Positions 13,815 through 28,460 are shown, counted from the first letter of the stretch. The stretch: DNA of 64,000 bases from Nemertoderma westbladi (GCA_032718475.1 JAUCBJ010006404.1:5558-69557), one strand, 5' to 3'. A program made the numbers and translations. Notes: generated by a model from the letters alone, not told the origin.

Positions 13815-16316
13815 ATAACGGGCCATGCTGTATTAGCGGAAGATGCTTAAATTAATAAAAGTTGACTTAAATAAATAAATAATATAACTTAAACAGCTGA
13901 CGTACCTGATAATTGCGATAAAGAAACAGGAAACCGGAATGTTATATTAGTTAAAAAGTTAAATTATATTGTAGGTAACTGTGGCCCATATCTCAGCTAT
14001 TATTTGTAACTATATATTAAGATTAAAACTTTGAGTAAGTCATTCAACTTTAAGAGAAATGCGGATCGATAAAAGTATTGAACGGGAGCGAAAGATATAT
14101 GTGTATGAAGTGAGTGAGGTTAGAGAGGGAACACATGCTAGATCTCTCACAAAGGAACACAATGCTACTCTAAACCTACAGCATAACCAACATAAAAATA
14201 AATATAAAATCAATTGTCATAAAATATTCCACTCTATACAGGCATATGAACTGTTAGTGCTCTAGCGCTCGTTATTAAGGTCTCTACTATTAACCATACA
14301 GTACTGGAGCGCCCACACGAGTGGGTTATATTAGCTATAGAGTAATCCAACACAATTTATAACGTTGGTTCTTCATTCACGTTTCCAGCAATGCATTTCT
14401 CCTTCACTACTACCCTATTCGTCCCTATTTAATGCTGATAAGCAGCTGCTTCATTTGTATATAAATATTTTATGATCTCCACTCAATGCTAAAGCGATGC
14501 AGTTGCTGCAACGATCATGTACCATTTATGCAGGCATGTTTATTGTTAAAAGTATATAAAAATAACTACACACGTACATTAGTTCCTAATGAAAGCATCA
14601 ACAACTAAAGATGATCTATCTACACATGTGTACGTACAGATCACTCCACTATGTTTTATCGATAAACAAGGAAGAGCTTACAGAGATATAGAATCTAGAG
14701 GTCTTTGACCTTCGTTGAGTAAGAGGTTCTTGACCTTTATTGACTGTCAATCAATGGAAGGAAAGCATTCTACGTAATGGACGAGGGCGTGAGGTATTAC
14801 CAGAGATAGGATTAGCTCTTAATGTTTATTTCTACCCCTATCTTGACTATGTAATGTACAATTTTGTTTGAACAATAAATACAACATTCATTTAAGATAT
14901 AAATTAATTAAGCCCAATAAGCCATAATAAACCATATAAACCCACTAAATTAAAATAAGCATGATAAAGGATGCACTGTGTGGTGTATCTGTGTAATGTA
15001 AATAGGCAATGTATGTACGGCATCGATATAGCAGTGCAGAGCTAGTGGACGCTTTAAAAATACCAGGAAGAGAGGCGGAACAAGTGGTGAAGAATGAGTT
15101 AATGGTAAATAATAGATGGTGCAGAGTGAGTGTCAAAATATTAAAGGGTACATACAGTAGTTTAGGGCTGGGTAGGGGTAGGGTATGTACTAGTAGGTCG
15201 AGCGAGCTCTCTGACAGATGAGCACCCAGTATAGGAGGATGGGCATACATTGCTATTGCATAGATTCATTCGGTAGTCAAGTCATACCTAAATCTTCAGT
15301 ACCCTAACTAAGCAAGTGTTCTGACCGGGCTTACCAAATGGGCTAAATATTAGGTATATTAGGTTCCTAAATATTGTTGATGTTATAGATTTATTTTAGG
15401 CAATGCCACCGGAAATATATACAACTAGTTAATGATGGGAGATGACAATTTAAACCGGATATTTAATCGCCTTTTGGTTAATATAGGCCTACCTATAATC
15501 AGAATCAGCATGCTGCACTGCAGCAGCATTCAGATTGTTATGCCGGCTTATCGAAGAAATTGCACTGCCACACCACAACGCTCTATTCACGATTTTCGGA
15601 AGATCACATGCATCTTCAATGAAAGTCTCCTTTAAGAGGCGTCTCAAGAAAACATAACTTTTAAATAAAAATATTTCAGTAACAGGATAGAAATGTAACA
15701 ACTACATTATGATAATAATGCTTACAAAAATAACTGATCTTTATTAATGGGCACAAAAATGAAAATGTTGAAATTTTCAAAAAGCACAAAAATGAAATTT
15801 AACTAAGTGATTAATATTTATATATTATACATATATATATAAAATAAAAATATATAATATATTTTTGTTTTATATTTTGTGTAATGTTCGATTAGTTTTA
15901 GTATTTCGAGTTAAAAAGCACTACATTTATATTTAATTAATTATTGATAATGTGAGCGCTGAGCTGTCAAATATATATACTTTGTAACATATTATTTTAT
16001 TATTATTAAATTATATTAAAATTCTCCCACTTAATTAGTGTTTTTCATCGAATATATTAACTTACATCGCAATCCACCTTATAGTATAGTTGATTTATTT
16101 TTCTAGTTAATATTTTTTCGTTTTAAATGTACAAATAATGTCTAAACGGTACTCAATTACAACATACTTGGAGACCTTGTGGGCAGGTTAGTAAAGAAGT
16201 AGGTTACGGAGGCGGGTTGAAAGGAACCAAAACAATAAACAAGAGTTAGGAATATTGTAGAAAACCCAATTTAACATAGTCAACGAAGAATTAACAGCAT
16301 GAAAATCAACAGTCAG

Positions 16317-18091
16317 GCGTAGGTGTAGGTGTAGGTGTAGGTGTAGGTGTAGGTGTAGGTGTAGGTGTAGGTGTAGGTGTAGGTGTAGGTGTAGGTGTAG
16401 GTGTAGGTGTAGGTGTAGGTGTAGGTGTAGGTGTAGGTGTAGGTGTAGGTGTAGGTGTAGGTGTAGGTGTAGGTGTAGGTTAGGTGTAGGTGTAGGTGTA
16501 GGTGTAGGTGTGTAGGTGTAGGTGTAGGTGTAGGTGTAGGTGTAGGTGTAGGTGTAGGTGTAGGTGTAGGTGTAGGTGTAGGTGTAGGTGTAGGTGTAGG
16601 TGTAGGTGTAGGTGTAGTGTAGGTGTAGGTGTAGGTGTAGGTGTAGGTGTAGGTGTAGGTGTAGGTGTAGGTGTAGGTGTAGGTGTAGGTGTAGGTGTAG
16701 GTGTAGGTGTAGGTGTAGGTGTAGGTGTAGGTGTAGGTGTAGGTGTAGGTGTAGGTGTAGGTGTAGGTGTAGGTGTAGGTGTAGGTGTAGGTGTAGGTGT
16801 AGGTGTAGGTGTAGGTGTAGGTGTAGGTGTAGGTGTAGGTGTAGGTGTAGGTGTAGGTGTAGGTGTAGGTGTAGGTGTAGGTGTAGGTGTAGGTGTAGGT
16901 GTAGGTGTAGGTGTAGGTGTAGGTGTAGGTGTAGGTGTAGGTGTAGGTGTAGGTGTAGGTGTAGGTGTAGGTGTAGGTGTAGGTGTAGGTGTAGGTGTAG
17001 GTGTAGGTGTAGGTGTAGGTGTAGGTGTAGGTGTAGGTTTAGGTTAGGTGTAGGTGTAGGTGTAGGTGTAGGTGTAGGTGTAGGTGTAGGTGTAGGCGTA
17101 GGTAGGTGTAGGTGTAGGTGTAGGTGTAGGTGTAGGTGTAGGTGTAGGTGTAGGTGTAGGTGTAGGTGTAGGTGTAGGTGTAGGTGTAGGTGTAGGTGTA
17201 GGTGTAGGTGTAGGTGTAGGTGTAGGTGTAGGTGTAGGTGTAGGTGTAGGTGTAGGTGTAGGTGTAGGTGTAGGTGTAGGTGTAGTGTAGGTGTAGGTGT
17301 AGGTGTAGGTGTAGGTGTAGGTGTAGGTGTAGGTGTAGGTGTAGGTGTAGGTGTAGGTGTAGGTGTAGGTGTAGGTGTAGGTGTAGGTGTAGGTGTAGGT
17401 GTAGGTGTAGGTGTAGGTGTAGGTGTAGGTGTAGGTGTAGGTGTAGGTGTAGGTGTAGGTGTAGGTGTAGGTGTAGGTGTAGGTGTAGGTGTAGGTGTAG
17501 GTGTAGGTGTAGGTGTAGGTGTAGGTGTAGGTGTAGGTGTAGGTGTAGGTGTAGGTGTAGGTGTAGGTGTAGGTGTAGGTGTAGGTGTAGGTGTAGGTGT
17601 AGGTGTAGGTGTAGGTGTAGGTGTAGGTGTAGGTGTAGGTGTAGGTGTAGGTGTAGGTGTAGGTGTAGGTGTAGGTGTTGGTGTAGGTGTAGGTTTAGGT
17701 TTAGGTGTAGGTGTAGGTGTAGGTGTAGGTGTAGGTGTAGGTGTAGGTGTAGGTGTAGGCGTATGTGTAGGTGTAGGTGTAGGTGTAGGTGTAGGTGTAG
17801 GTGTAGGTGTAGGTGTAGGTGTAGGTGTAGGTGTAGGTGTAGGTGTAGGTGTAGGTGTAGGTGTAGGTGTAGGTGTAGGTGTAGGTGTAGGTGTAGGTGT
17901 AGGTGTAGGTGTAGGTGTAGGTGTAGGTGTAGGTGTAGGTGTAGGTGTAGGTGTAGGTGTAGGTGTAGATGTAGGTGTAGGTGTAGGTGTAGGTGTAGGT
18001 GTAGGTGTAGATGTAGGTGTAGGTGTAGGTGTAGGTGTAGGTGTAGGTGTAGGTGTAGGTGTAGGTGTAGGTGTAGGTGTAGGTGTAGGTG
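16317..18091. repeat. (TAGGTG)n hexanucleotide microsatellite, ~295 units
   Basis: Almost pure array with rare TTAGG, TAGTG and TAGATG variants. Confidence 0.98.
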
Positions 18092-18594
18092 ACAACTCCA
18101 CCTCCCCTTCTCCATGTAGATCGTGGCACAATAAAAGTAGCCGTGTAAAAGCCGAACATAAAAAAAACAGTTTAACAGTTTATTCTTGAAGAAAAATAAA
18201 TTAATGCGCCTTCAGATCAATACGTAGATGAGTGCGATACACTGTATTGCGGTGTATTGCGGTGTATAGCGGTGTTCGGCTTCCATGCATACAACCTTCA
18301 TACGCACAACAACCGCCTTGTCGCTTTCAAATGCTAATTAAAATTATTGTTGTGTATAGAAAGGTGTGTGCTAGCCATATATATTATCATCATTTCATAA
18401 TATTTGCACGGCCTTGAGAAACACATCAGTTCAAACTTTATATGAATATTATTTGGGGTTTATTTAGTAAATTACTGTAATCTAATATAAAATATTGTTA
18501 AGCATAAGCAGTATGTAAACGAAAATGAGTAATGGCCGGATTCGTTTACGAAATGTCAGACTGGCCAATGATTATATATAGCTTTTAAATTTTC

Positions 18595-18867
18595 GCCCAT
18601 GTGAAGAATACCAGGATTTCACTTTTCGGTCGACTTTTTGTTGGAATTTTATATATTATGAAAATTTTTTCTAAATTTATCTTTATTAAGTGTTTTATAG
18701 CGCTCATTTATGTCTTATAACCTTTACATATAATAATTCGATTACTGTTTTGGTTAGATTCAGCCCTTTTGTAACCTGTGTTTTTGGTGAAAACCTGGTA
18801 TTCTTCACATGGGGGTAACTGCAAAGTGAAATATAACGGCAGAAAGTCTGGTATTCTTCACATGGGC
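18595..18867. mobile_element. Small MITE
   Basis: 20-bp perfect TIR GCCCATGTGAAGAATACCAG / CTGGTATTCTTCACATGGGC, plus an extra internal TIR copy at ~18796. Confidence 0.65.
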
Positions 18868-20825
18868 CTAAATTTTTGTTCAACTCACAGTTTTATTGAA
18901 ATACTTTATCAGTTAGAACTTGCGCACAACTTTAATTCAGAAATTAGGCTGAGTGTATAATTTAACATTAATCACTTCATAAAAATATACCAACCTAGTA
19001 TTTAAAACAACTAGACTGCTGTGTACTCTTGTCAATACAGTTTGGCTGCAAAGTTTTCTTGTTTACCTTCCTTTTCAAATAATATTCTTTAAATCCGAAG
19101 AGTAAAATAATGAGAGTAACAATTTCGATTTTACATAATAATAATCTGCAACCAAAAACCAATAGCTAAAACTGTTTTATTTTTTAGGTCAGCGCGACAG
19201 CGAAAAGCATTGCTGAAAACTCATATCGAATGCCAATTACGAAAAGAACTGAAGAAAATCATTGGTACAATAATAAGAAAAAAACTCCACAATCCCCTTT
19301 ATAAAATAATAACTATATGCAAAAATGAACTTATACATTGACACCCCTGTATGTTATTCTTGAGTCTAATTGGTCGTAATAGGATTCAATGCACATGTAC
19401 ATGTATAATATTGATGTTGCCGGCATGCCAACCAGTGAGCATGAATGCATAAAAGGGATTGGTTGAATTACTGAGCTGTTGGTTGGATAGTACAGTATTT
19501 GGGAAGAACTACATAAACTGCATAGGACTGAAGTAATTATAGTTTCAACTTATTATACTGGGAAACATTTGGCCTACTAGTAGGGTGGATGCAGTGGGGT
19601 AATTACCATTGTTGGATAAACCATTAAAATAATATGACATCTGGCTGCCATATGTAGTAAATTACTGAAGCCAGAGTATAAAAGATGTTATTATTTCTAT
19701 TTAGTCACAAGAAACTGGTAGTAAAATTGGTCATGTGAGTTTACAAAATATTCGTGTTTCTTTGTCTAATAATAATAATATCATGAAAGGCAATGACCTC
19801 TGGTATCTAGCTGCTCGTCAAATAAAAATGGGTTCCTCTTGAGTGCAAGTGACCAAGTAATATTCATTCATATGCTTGATACCCGCTCAGATAACTTTGG
19901 TTATGGTTAATACACAACACAATATAAAGTAAAGTGTTAATATGTTTGGGAGCATATTTTAGGTTTATTAAGCCAGGGGATATGCCTGTTTCCCACAGTA
20001 TACAATTCCATTCCAAAAAGAGATTAACATATATATTTTTATATTTTTTTTATATATTTCAACACATAAACCAATGAAGATTATTAGTGCCAACACGATA
20101 CAGAATAATTGATGCACATGTAGGCCTACAGTAGTAGTACAGATTCATAAATTCAAAAATTAATAATTATTATAATATTGCACGCACATGTGAAAAATAT
20201 TAACTTAAACTGATCTGCACTCCAGAACACGCTCTCTTTGACGAAAAGTATCAAATAAATACCGACCCAGGTTTACCAACTTAGCTTTGTTGCTGTTCCC
20301 CCCAAGTAACTCACGGAATTTACCCTCAGTTGGGTTGTTTAAATAACGCACACTGAAATATTTCTCGCGAATTTCAGTAAAACTATCACACACCAGTAGG
20401 AAATGAAATTCATCTTCAATGGCGTTGATATTGCACAATGGACAAATTCTTGCTTCCCTGGGTATCCTGTACCACCTACCCCATTCAATCAGCAGTGCAT
20501 GTGATTCTCATTAAACCAGTGTGACCACGTAGCATCGATAGATAGTTTTCCAAGCCAAATTTAACTTTCACATAATGTAACCCCTTGGGTGACTGGTCAA
20601 TCGATCCCCACCACGCCTGTATAAACTGCGCCTGTAATCTATCTTTCACATTAGAAAGAATAAAGAAACACCATATCATTCCCCACCCCTTGATTATCCC
20701 AGGCCCCGCTAAACCCCAGATTATTTATTAAGTCACGCACAGAAGACGCCCAATTCTTACAATTACTACGAGTATTGATATCATTTAATTGCATCTCATA
20801 CGCATGCTTAATAAGCCTATTATCA

Positions 20826-21824
20826 TTACACTTTACAAAGTTTCAGCCAAAACTTTATAATTCTCAAATGCCTATCCAATATAAGCGGAAATACTCCGGA
20901 TTCCCCATAGACCATAAAATTGGGAGTCGTCAGTTTAACTCCAAGTTGCCGCTTCAAAAATTTTAATTGCACGCGTTCTGTTTCAACCGACGATTGAAAA
21001 CCCCACACTTCACTACCGTACAATAAAATAGGTTTCACTAATGAATTAAACAGTTCACAGGCCAACTTAAAGTCGGTTGTAGGAAAATTGACTAAATATT
21101 TTAGCAGCGCAAATTGCGCTTTCTCGCCTTTGTCTGCCAGACATTTCTGTGCAGTTGCAAAGCTACCACCACTAGTAAATATAACTCCTAAATATGTATA
21201 GTCGCTAACAACCTTGACCTCGTGGCCGTTAAACATCCATTTTTCATGCATCGAAACTTGGCCTCCTTTCCTGAAAATTACTACGTTTGATTTATCGAGG
21301 TTAACAGTTAGCGACCAATATGCACAATAATTACTCAACACATCAAACGCATGTTGCAGATCTTCCACTGAGTTAGCTATAAGCACAATATCATCTGCGT
21401 AAAGTAATAACAATAGTTTGAGAACACCAATAGAGATACCTTGTACACCATTATTATGCAGTTCGGCTTCTATATCATTTAAAAATAAATTGAACAACAA
21501 GGGACTGAGACATTCGCCTTGCCGTACTCTTAACCAACAAATAAACTCATTGGAATAAACACCATCTACCCGAACGCGAGATTTAACTGAGTTGTACATA
21601 CTTTTGATTACATTTAACACATTCCCCGAAAACCCCAGCTTTAGTAGCTTAACCCACAATGCACTTCTATCAACGCAATCGAATGCTTTCCTTAGGTCAA
21701 CAAATGCACAATATATTTTACCTATACCACTAGTTACAAAATGATCAATTATAGATTTAAGTATAAATATTTGGTCTACTGTAGCGCGGCCCCAACGAAA
21801 CCCTGATTGGGATTCAATAACCAC
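20826..21824 (-). pseudogene. Largest open fragment of LINE ORF2 (reverse transcriptase domain)
   Basis: 332-aa ORF with YADD; neighbouring fragments are out of frame. Confidence 0.9.
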
Positions 21825-22843
21825 TCCAAATCCTTCGGACCACCATTGTAGTCGTAATTAAAAGCCAATGTGAATAGCTTACCAAATGCACTTAATAGAG
21901 TATACCTCTGTAGTTATTTGGGTCTCTCAAATCGCCCTTCTTCTTAAAAATAGGAGACACTATACCAGTAGACCAGCTATCCGGAAAATAACCGCACTGT
22001 AAAGCTACGTTAAAAATACTGGTTACGGTTGGAACTAGAGCCTGCGCCCCATCAATGAAAAATTCATTTAGAATACCATCGAATCCAGGTGCCTTATTCC
22101 TACGTAACTTTAAAATGGTGTTGGCCACCTCCTCCTCCTCGATGGGCGAGCCCTTGCTGTTGGTCGTAATCATTTGCACCGGGTGGGCTGATTCCCATAT
22201 CCTGAAAACTAGAGCCAGTGTCATTTAACGCTGTAAAATGTGCTTCAAAAGTTTCAACACTAACCGGTGATTTACTGCATTTACTACCGTTAGCACCTTC
22301 ACAACTGCGCCTTAGCAGCTTCCAAAACTTTTTTGTATCCGCAACTTTGTAGTTGCGTAGCGCATCTGATTTCTCACAATTATAGTCATATCGCGCTTTG
22401 CGCAATGTTTTTTTATATTTACTACGCTTTTGGACCATTATAGCACAGGAAGTAGAATCCTTAGATTCTTTGAAACACCCTAATGAATGTTTAAATGCAT
22501 CCCTAGCTAAGGCACAGTTCTCATCGAACCACGGCGCACTAGGCCTACCACTACTGCAACTGTTAGACACATTACTAGTATTTGGATCAACTTTAAAATA
22601 TAAATCGGCTACATCACATAATATGTCCGTAAAATCATTAACGGCTACATCAACTTTACTGCTGGTTAGCGGCTCCAGACAAGTCACATTGTCTAGGACC
22701 TCGTCAAACCTAGATTGTATCTGTTCCGAGCTAAGTATGTCCTTGAAAGGGTCCCGCTGCGAAGGACGATATTTGTATTTATTGCCGGCGTCACTTGGGA
22801 GGCCACCAGCAGTATTGTTAATATTACTGTTATTGTTAACATT

Positions 22844-22909
22844 TTTCCACTTCTGAACAAACCCATTATATTACACCTTTAATTACAGTTGCAACAGCTC
22901 ATCTCCAAT
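22844..22909. mobile_element. 66-bp fragment of the hammerhead-bearing repeat family inserted in the LINE, 14-bp TSD
   Basis: TTATTGTTAACATT at 22830-22843 and 22910-22923; the insert matches ~63024-63096. Confidence 0.8.
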
Positions 22910-23453
22910 TTATTGTTAACATTGACATTAGTATTACTTGCACCGAGACTAAACGTTGCTGATACTACACAATGGTGGGATATAATATTGGGGTCATTTA
23001 TTATAAAATCATAACAACAATTGATAAGATCAATGTCTCCCAAAAAATAATCAATTGTTGATTTACGTAAACCGCAACGTCCGCCATCCGCAAAAAATGT
23101 ACAAGCTCCCACGCCTCTATCAGCGCCTACCCGTCCATTGAACACTTTCAGCGTAGTAGACCGGCATAGAGATATAAGTTTTTCTCCATGCCGATTAACA
23201 GTACTGTCCATGTTACTGTGCAGCCTCATCTCACTGGGTAATACAGAATCATCAAAAATATAATCGTCTGGCTTTCTAAACCAACATAATAGGAATCATT
23301 TGCAATGTAATCTTCCAAGGTACCTGTCCTTGCATTGAGGTCACCAACAATTAAAATACTTGCTTGGCTACAGTACAGGGAAATTCCCTCCAGCAACCTA
23401 TCAAACACACTACCGGTATCATTTATATTGCTAGTTGATGTATCCGGTGGGTA

Positions 23454-24012
23454 CGGTGGCCCATAACTGTCACAGGATATAAAAAGGAACGGCAGAAATT
23501 AAAAAGCCACGGCAGAAATTAAAAAGCCACGGCAGAAATTAAAGAAGCTACGGCAGAAATTAAAAAGCCACGGCAGAAATTAAAGAAGCTACGGCAGAAA
23601 TTAAAAAGCCACGGCAGAAATTAAAAAGCCATGATTATTACAATACATTATAGCAAATATTTTTTCCTACCTATTTTTACCTTACCTTTACTTTTCACCA
23701 ATTTTTTCTACTTTTTTTACCTATTTTTTTTTTATTATTTTTTTTACCATTTTTTTACTGGCCGATAGCAATAGCTTGCAGTCGGCACTCATACTCATAT
23801 AATCTAGCAATAGCAGTTGCTTTTTAATTTCTGCCGTGGCTTTTAAATTTCTGCCGTGGCTTTTAATTTCTGCCGTGGCTTTTTAATTTCTGCCGTAGCT
23901 TCTTTAATTTCTGCCGTGGCTTTTTAATTTCTGCCGTGGCTTTTTAATTTCTGCCGTGGCTTTATAATTTCTGCCGTTCCTTTTTATATACTGTGACAGT
24001 TATGGGCCAACG
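23454..24012. mobile_element. Tc1/mariner-type MITE with ~20-bp subterminal repeats, inserted in the LINE endonuclease region
   Basis: TA|CGGTGGCCCATAACTGTCACAG ... CTGTGACAGTTATGGGCCAACG|TA; inverted arrays of CACGGCAGAAATTAAAAAGC. Confidence 0.9.
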
Positions 24013-25459
24013 TAGGTAGGGTATATGCAGCACACAAAATTAAATCTTTTCCAAGCTTTGAACCTGGCTTGCCTTCAAATTTTAACCATAAAAGATCTTC
24101 AGTAGCAAAATCCGCTAATTGGCTAACTTTTAATCCCAGAGAATCTGATACATATACATTTTATACAGATACTCCCCCGCTATACCTTTTAGCCTTCCTA
24201 TGTTTCTACATACCTCGAATGGCTTACTAAAACCAGCTATATTTACATTACGAATATTGTCTGGAGACAGCCAGGTCTCCACACAGACAAAAATATCGTG
24301 CTCTGAAATAGTTTCGCAAAATTTAGGATCAGCTACCGCAGTTGTTAACCCTTCCACATTCAAGAGTCCCACCTTCAGTCGTTTATCATTGCGATTCGTC
24401 TGAGTGTGTCTCAGTTTTGAATTTTTAAATCCTATCGCGTCTGGTTGGCCGTGTCGGCTAGAAAACCCCCCGACCTGTCTCTGATTTTCCAATCCCCGCT
24501 AACGCCCGCCATATCCCTCTCAATAACAATTACTGATGTTTGCTGTTGTGAGCCCTGGCTACCCACAGCCGACTCCAAACAACCGTCTAGGTTTGGTCCC
24601 GGGTTCAACCCCTCGCCCGGGATAGGGGCCCCAGAACTCCGACCGGGTTCTAACTGGGAGCCATCTGTTCGCCTGCTGGACGATGGAGGGTTATCCTGAT
24701 CAATGCATCTAGCTAGCTCCGATGGTGTCGGTTCGTTCGTCGGTGTCGGTTCAACTATTAATATTAACAACTATCAACATTTAAAGAAACATAAAAGCCA
24801 AACACGGCAAACATTATTTTGTGAGTTCTGTATATAATATTAGCAATATGATTAACATACCGGAGGATTACACCAATAACTAGACCTATATTTTGTATAA
24901 AATTTATATGACTTTTATGTCTGCCTTGAAAAAAGTTAATACTAAGTAGTACAAAAAATAAATGATGAAAAAAGTATATTATTGTATATCAGTACGTGCT
25001 AACCCCTACTCGTCATCAGCTAACCATAATTAGCCTAACCTATCTTAACTCCCGCCGCAAGACCTAATTATTGCACCCGCAAAATCAAACATGCTGTTCT
25101 TTGCAGCGCTGAGCTGAACTATGAGCAGCATTGAATGGGCTTCAGGATTTAGAAGTCACACAGAATACGTCGGAAACTTAACCCTATTGGTACCGGGCTA
25201 TAAAATGTTGTACAAATACCGGGGGGGGGGGGGGGGGGTCATATTGACCCCCCCTCCCAAATCTACAAATTTTTACGAAAACGTAAACCCCTGTACAACT
25301 CAAAGCACAATGAATTAACAATATAACACAGTTATTGTATGACAATGCCATTGTTGGCGCAAAGTGTGGCTCGACTGCTTGGCCACAGGGCCTTAATTTT
25401 AATTACTACCCATGGCATTTTGGTTTCTGGGATGCCGAAGTCCATACGGAATTAATTCC

Positions 25460-26310
25460 GTAACAAAGATCCAAACTGGATTTCCACCAAATAGATCAAC
25501 AATAGCTCAGATACTAGCGCTACAGAGGCTGGTTGAAGGAATTATGTCAAAGAACCTTCTCGCAGTTCTATCTTTAAGAAAGCCTTTAAGAAAGCATTCG
25601 ACTCCATCAATATAGGTAAAACGCTGGCAGATCAGATATTATGTGACCATATGGTGGAACTGAGAGTTCTTCTCCATCTGGACTGGCGTACTGCAAGACA
25701 ACACATTGATGCCACTACTATTCAAGATTGTATTGAATGACAACAAAGAGAGAATATCTTGGATTGATACTACAAGAATGTAGAGACGGTAGATATCTGG
25801 CAAGAACTGCAGTCACAGACACAGATATTGCAGATGACATCACCCTGCTTTCAAAAAAACTCGCAGATGCACAGCTTCTACTGGACACCACCTACTGAAT
25901 GTCACCTGAAAACCAAGTTCCTTCAAGCCAGAGTGGAAAATGTTTCTTTATACGGGGGTAGGATGGGGATGGGACCTGGACACTACTGATGAAATCACTT
26001 GAACAGTGAATTGATGGTGCAAACATCCAAGCTTTATGGTACAATACCATGTGTATCAAGCACCCTCCATGAACGCAAATAACGATTCTGTGGGCACTGC
26101 TGGATAAGTAAACATGAGGTCATCTCAGATCTAAATTTCTAGCAACTAACACATGGAAAGCGTAGTCGTGGACGACCGGCTATAACATTATATAGACCAG
26201 CTTGAAAGGGATACTGAACTTGAGAGAAACGAAATTGTGACAACTATGGAGAATCTTGAAGCCTGGAAGTATCTCATTTCGACTGTCCGAGTTTGACTGG
26301 CGTCGTAGTA
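25460..26310 (+). mobile_element. Highly degraded RTE-clade LINE 3' remnant
   Basis: Translatable patches QTGFPPNRSTIAQILALQRLVEG, KAFDSI, GVLQ, ADDITLL, HGKRSRGRP. Confidence 0.75.
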
Positions 26311-28460
26311 TCATTATGTTACCAATTTAGTTTATGATTTGTATTGATTTGTTTTGTTTTGATTTGATTTGTTTTGACAGTGGGAACCTAGGCCGAGTTG
26401 TAAAGTTTCATTGACATCTGATATTATTTATAGTTTAGCACACATGATATTATTGATGTAACAGTTAGTTTATATCACTGTATTTATACTATTATATTAG
26501 GTGTTGATAAGATCTGTAGTGTTATGAATACAGAACTGAGCTTCAAACCTGTTTTCAACCCTAGAGCTAGAGCAAAAGACCATCGTCTGTAACTCAATGG
26601 ACTCATTCTGTGACTTAGAGGTCCTCTCAGTACTTGCAAATTCTGGGATCAGTCCAGTTCCAGTGTGCTTTTTTCTGTTCCAATGGTTTATAAGAACTGT
26701 TTCTGCAGTTTCTGCCTTAACTGCCTCTGTGAAGGCAGTATAGCCCTTCCTTACAGTGATCAGGTGATCTACTGCCTCACAGGCAAGAACCTCATGATAC
26801 GTGTTGATCAGCAGCAGTGTGAAACTGGATCTCATATAGAATATCCCTCATCAATATATATGATAACTGTGTGATTATGAGTGTATTTAGCTGATATTAG
26901 CACAATGTTGAGAGAATCTAATAAAAAAGGAATTAGTTACGGGCAAAAATTACCACAATCGAACTGAATTCGAAATCGAAATAATTTGAAATGCAAACAG
27001 CAATTCACCGATTCTGCAGTCCTAGTCTAAACCATTATTGACTGGTTGAATTCACTACACCCAGAATAAATGATAAACGTACTAGTAATATGACATGCAT
27101 ATAACGAACGCTAATGCTTGTCAGATTAATTTCAAGCACACCAATGTTAAATAATTAATGAATTATGTAGATAATTGCAATAAATAAATTTCCGAACGAA
27201 TGATTTAGTTTTACTGTGTTATATACATACTTTAGGCCTATTCTAAGAAAAGTAATTACACTATACTGGCCACATGTCGAATCATAGTCTTACAGAGGGT
27301 TAGCTTAAAAATATGGCGGCAGCAGCCAGCAGACAAAGAATGACAGATTTTCCTATCAACGTCTAAAAAATTAATAACATTCCTTTGGCACAGCTTTGCA
27401 AAGTCGTCAATGAAGTCCGTGGTCCAATAATAAATTATAAAAAATTTAATGAGAGACATTTCAGAACCTCATAGAAATGGTAATTAATTCCCAATGGTAA
27501 TAAATATACGTGCTCAATCCGATAACTAGGCATATGGCAAGATAATGAGTCATATCAAATCATAATTATGTAATGGCAAACTTAGAATACTTTCACCACG
27601 TTTCACTGTCAACTACCTCCCCTTGACCGCTTGTCGAACTGAAGATTTTGCTGTAACTTCTGGGCATCATGTTTAGTACGCATCTCTTTGAACTCAGCAG
27701 ACTCAGAGAGTGGAGGAAAACTGGGCAGTTTAGTTTTCAGTTTTCTACGGAGCCCGGGAGGGGACCTGTAAAATATTTTTCTAACACGAGCCCTCGTGTT
27801 ACTATCACGAGCTCTCATGATAGCTAACACGAGCCCTCATGATGGCTAAAATAGTTAATTAAATAATTAATATTAATTAAATTCATATTGTCTAATTAAA
27901 TAAATCTATCTCTGTCCATCTTGTCGGTTACCATACGAGGAATGAATTCGTCCCAAGCGTCGTGCTCTCATGAATGTTTTAAGTTCGTTATTCATATACA
28001 CACTTAAGTCAGTAGGTTTGATCAGTATACCTGCAGCCGTTACTAGAAACGCGAAATATAAAATAGGCCTATACTGAACAGAAAAGTTATAACCACTGAG
28101 ATACAATTTTAAGGCAGTGATTTTTTATGTCCTTTTATTTGACTTTTTTTGTCCTTTTTTTTACGAATTATGCATAATGACTTTTGTTGTCCTTTTAATG
28201 ACTTTTATTGTCCTTTTAATGACTTTTTATGTATGTATTTCTTCAAACTGTCAGACTGCTGATTTCTGGACTGTCAGACAGTTGATTTCACTATGCCTGT
28301 GCCAAAACATTTCATGATTCCATGATTTATAGACTATGAGATAGATTTCCATATGCGCCTGTGGTAAAAAGACTCTATATTTAATAGTTTGTGGTTGTTG
28401 TCGATAATCGATTACCACATGACGTAGCAAAACACTCATTTTATAGCCAAAAACAATTAC

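Larger units (their letters stand above)
19955..24780 (-). mobile_element. Non-LTR retrotransposon (APE endonuclease-RT-CCHC), RTE-X-like, frameshifted and 5'-truncated
   Basis: APE motifs LLNVEGL, VCVETWL, VGDLNARTG, STIDYF. RT motifs PNNYRGI, QSGFR, AFVDLRKAFD, VRQGECLSPLLF, LLYADD, YTYLGV, LLYGSEVWG. C-terminal CPLC...IEDEFHFLLVC. Clade call is tentative. Confidence 0.92.

Noticed and set aside
14945-15250. Overlapping short ORFs, possible retroelement remnant
   Set aside because: No diagnostic motif could be recognised with confidence.
16188-18159. PT/HL/YT/CR/GV dipeptide ORFs (mucin- or extensin-like)
   Set aside because: Translations of a hexamer microsatellite with internal frame slips.
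26497-26835. 112-aa - strand ORF
   Set aside because: No recognisable motif or splice context; left unassigned.
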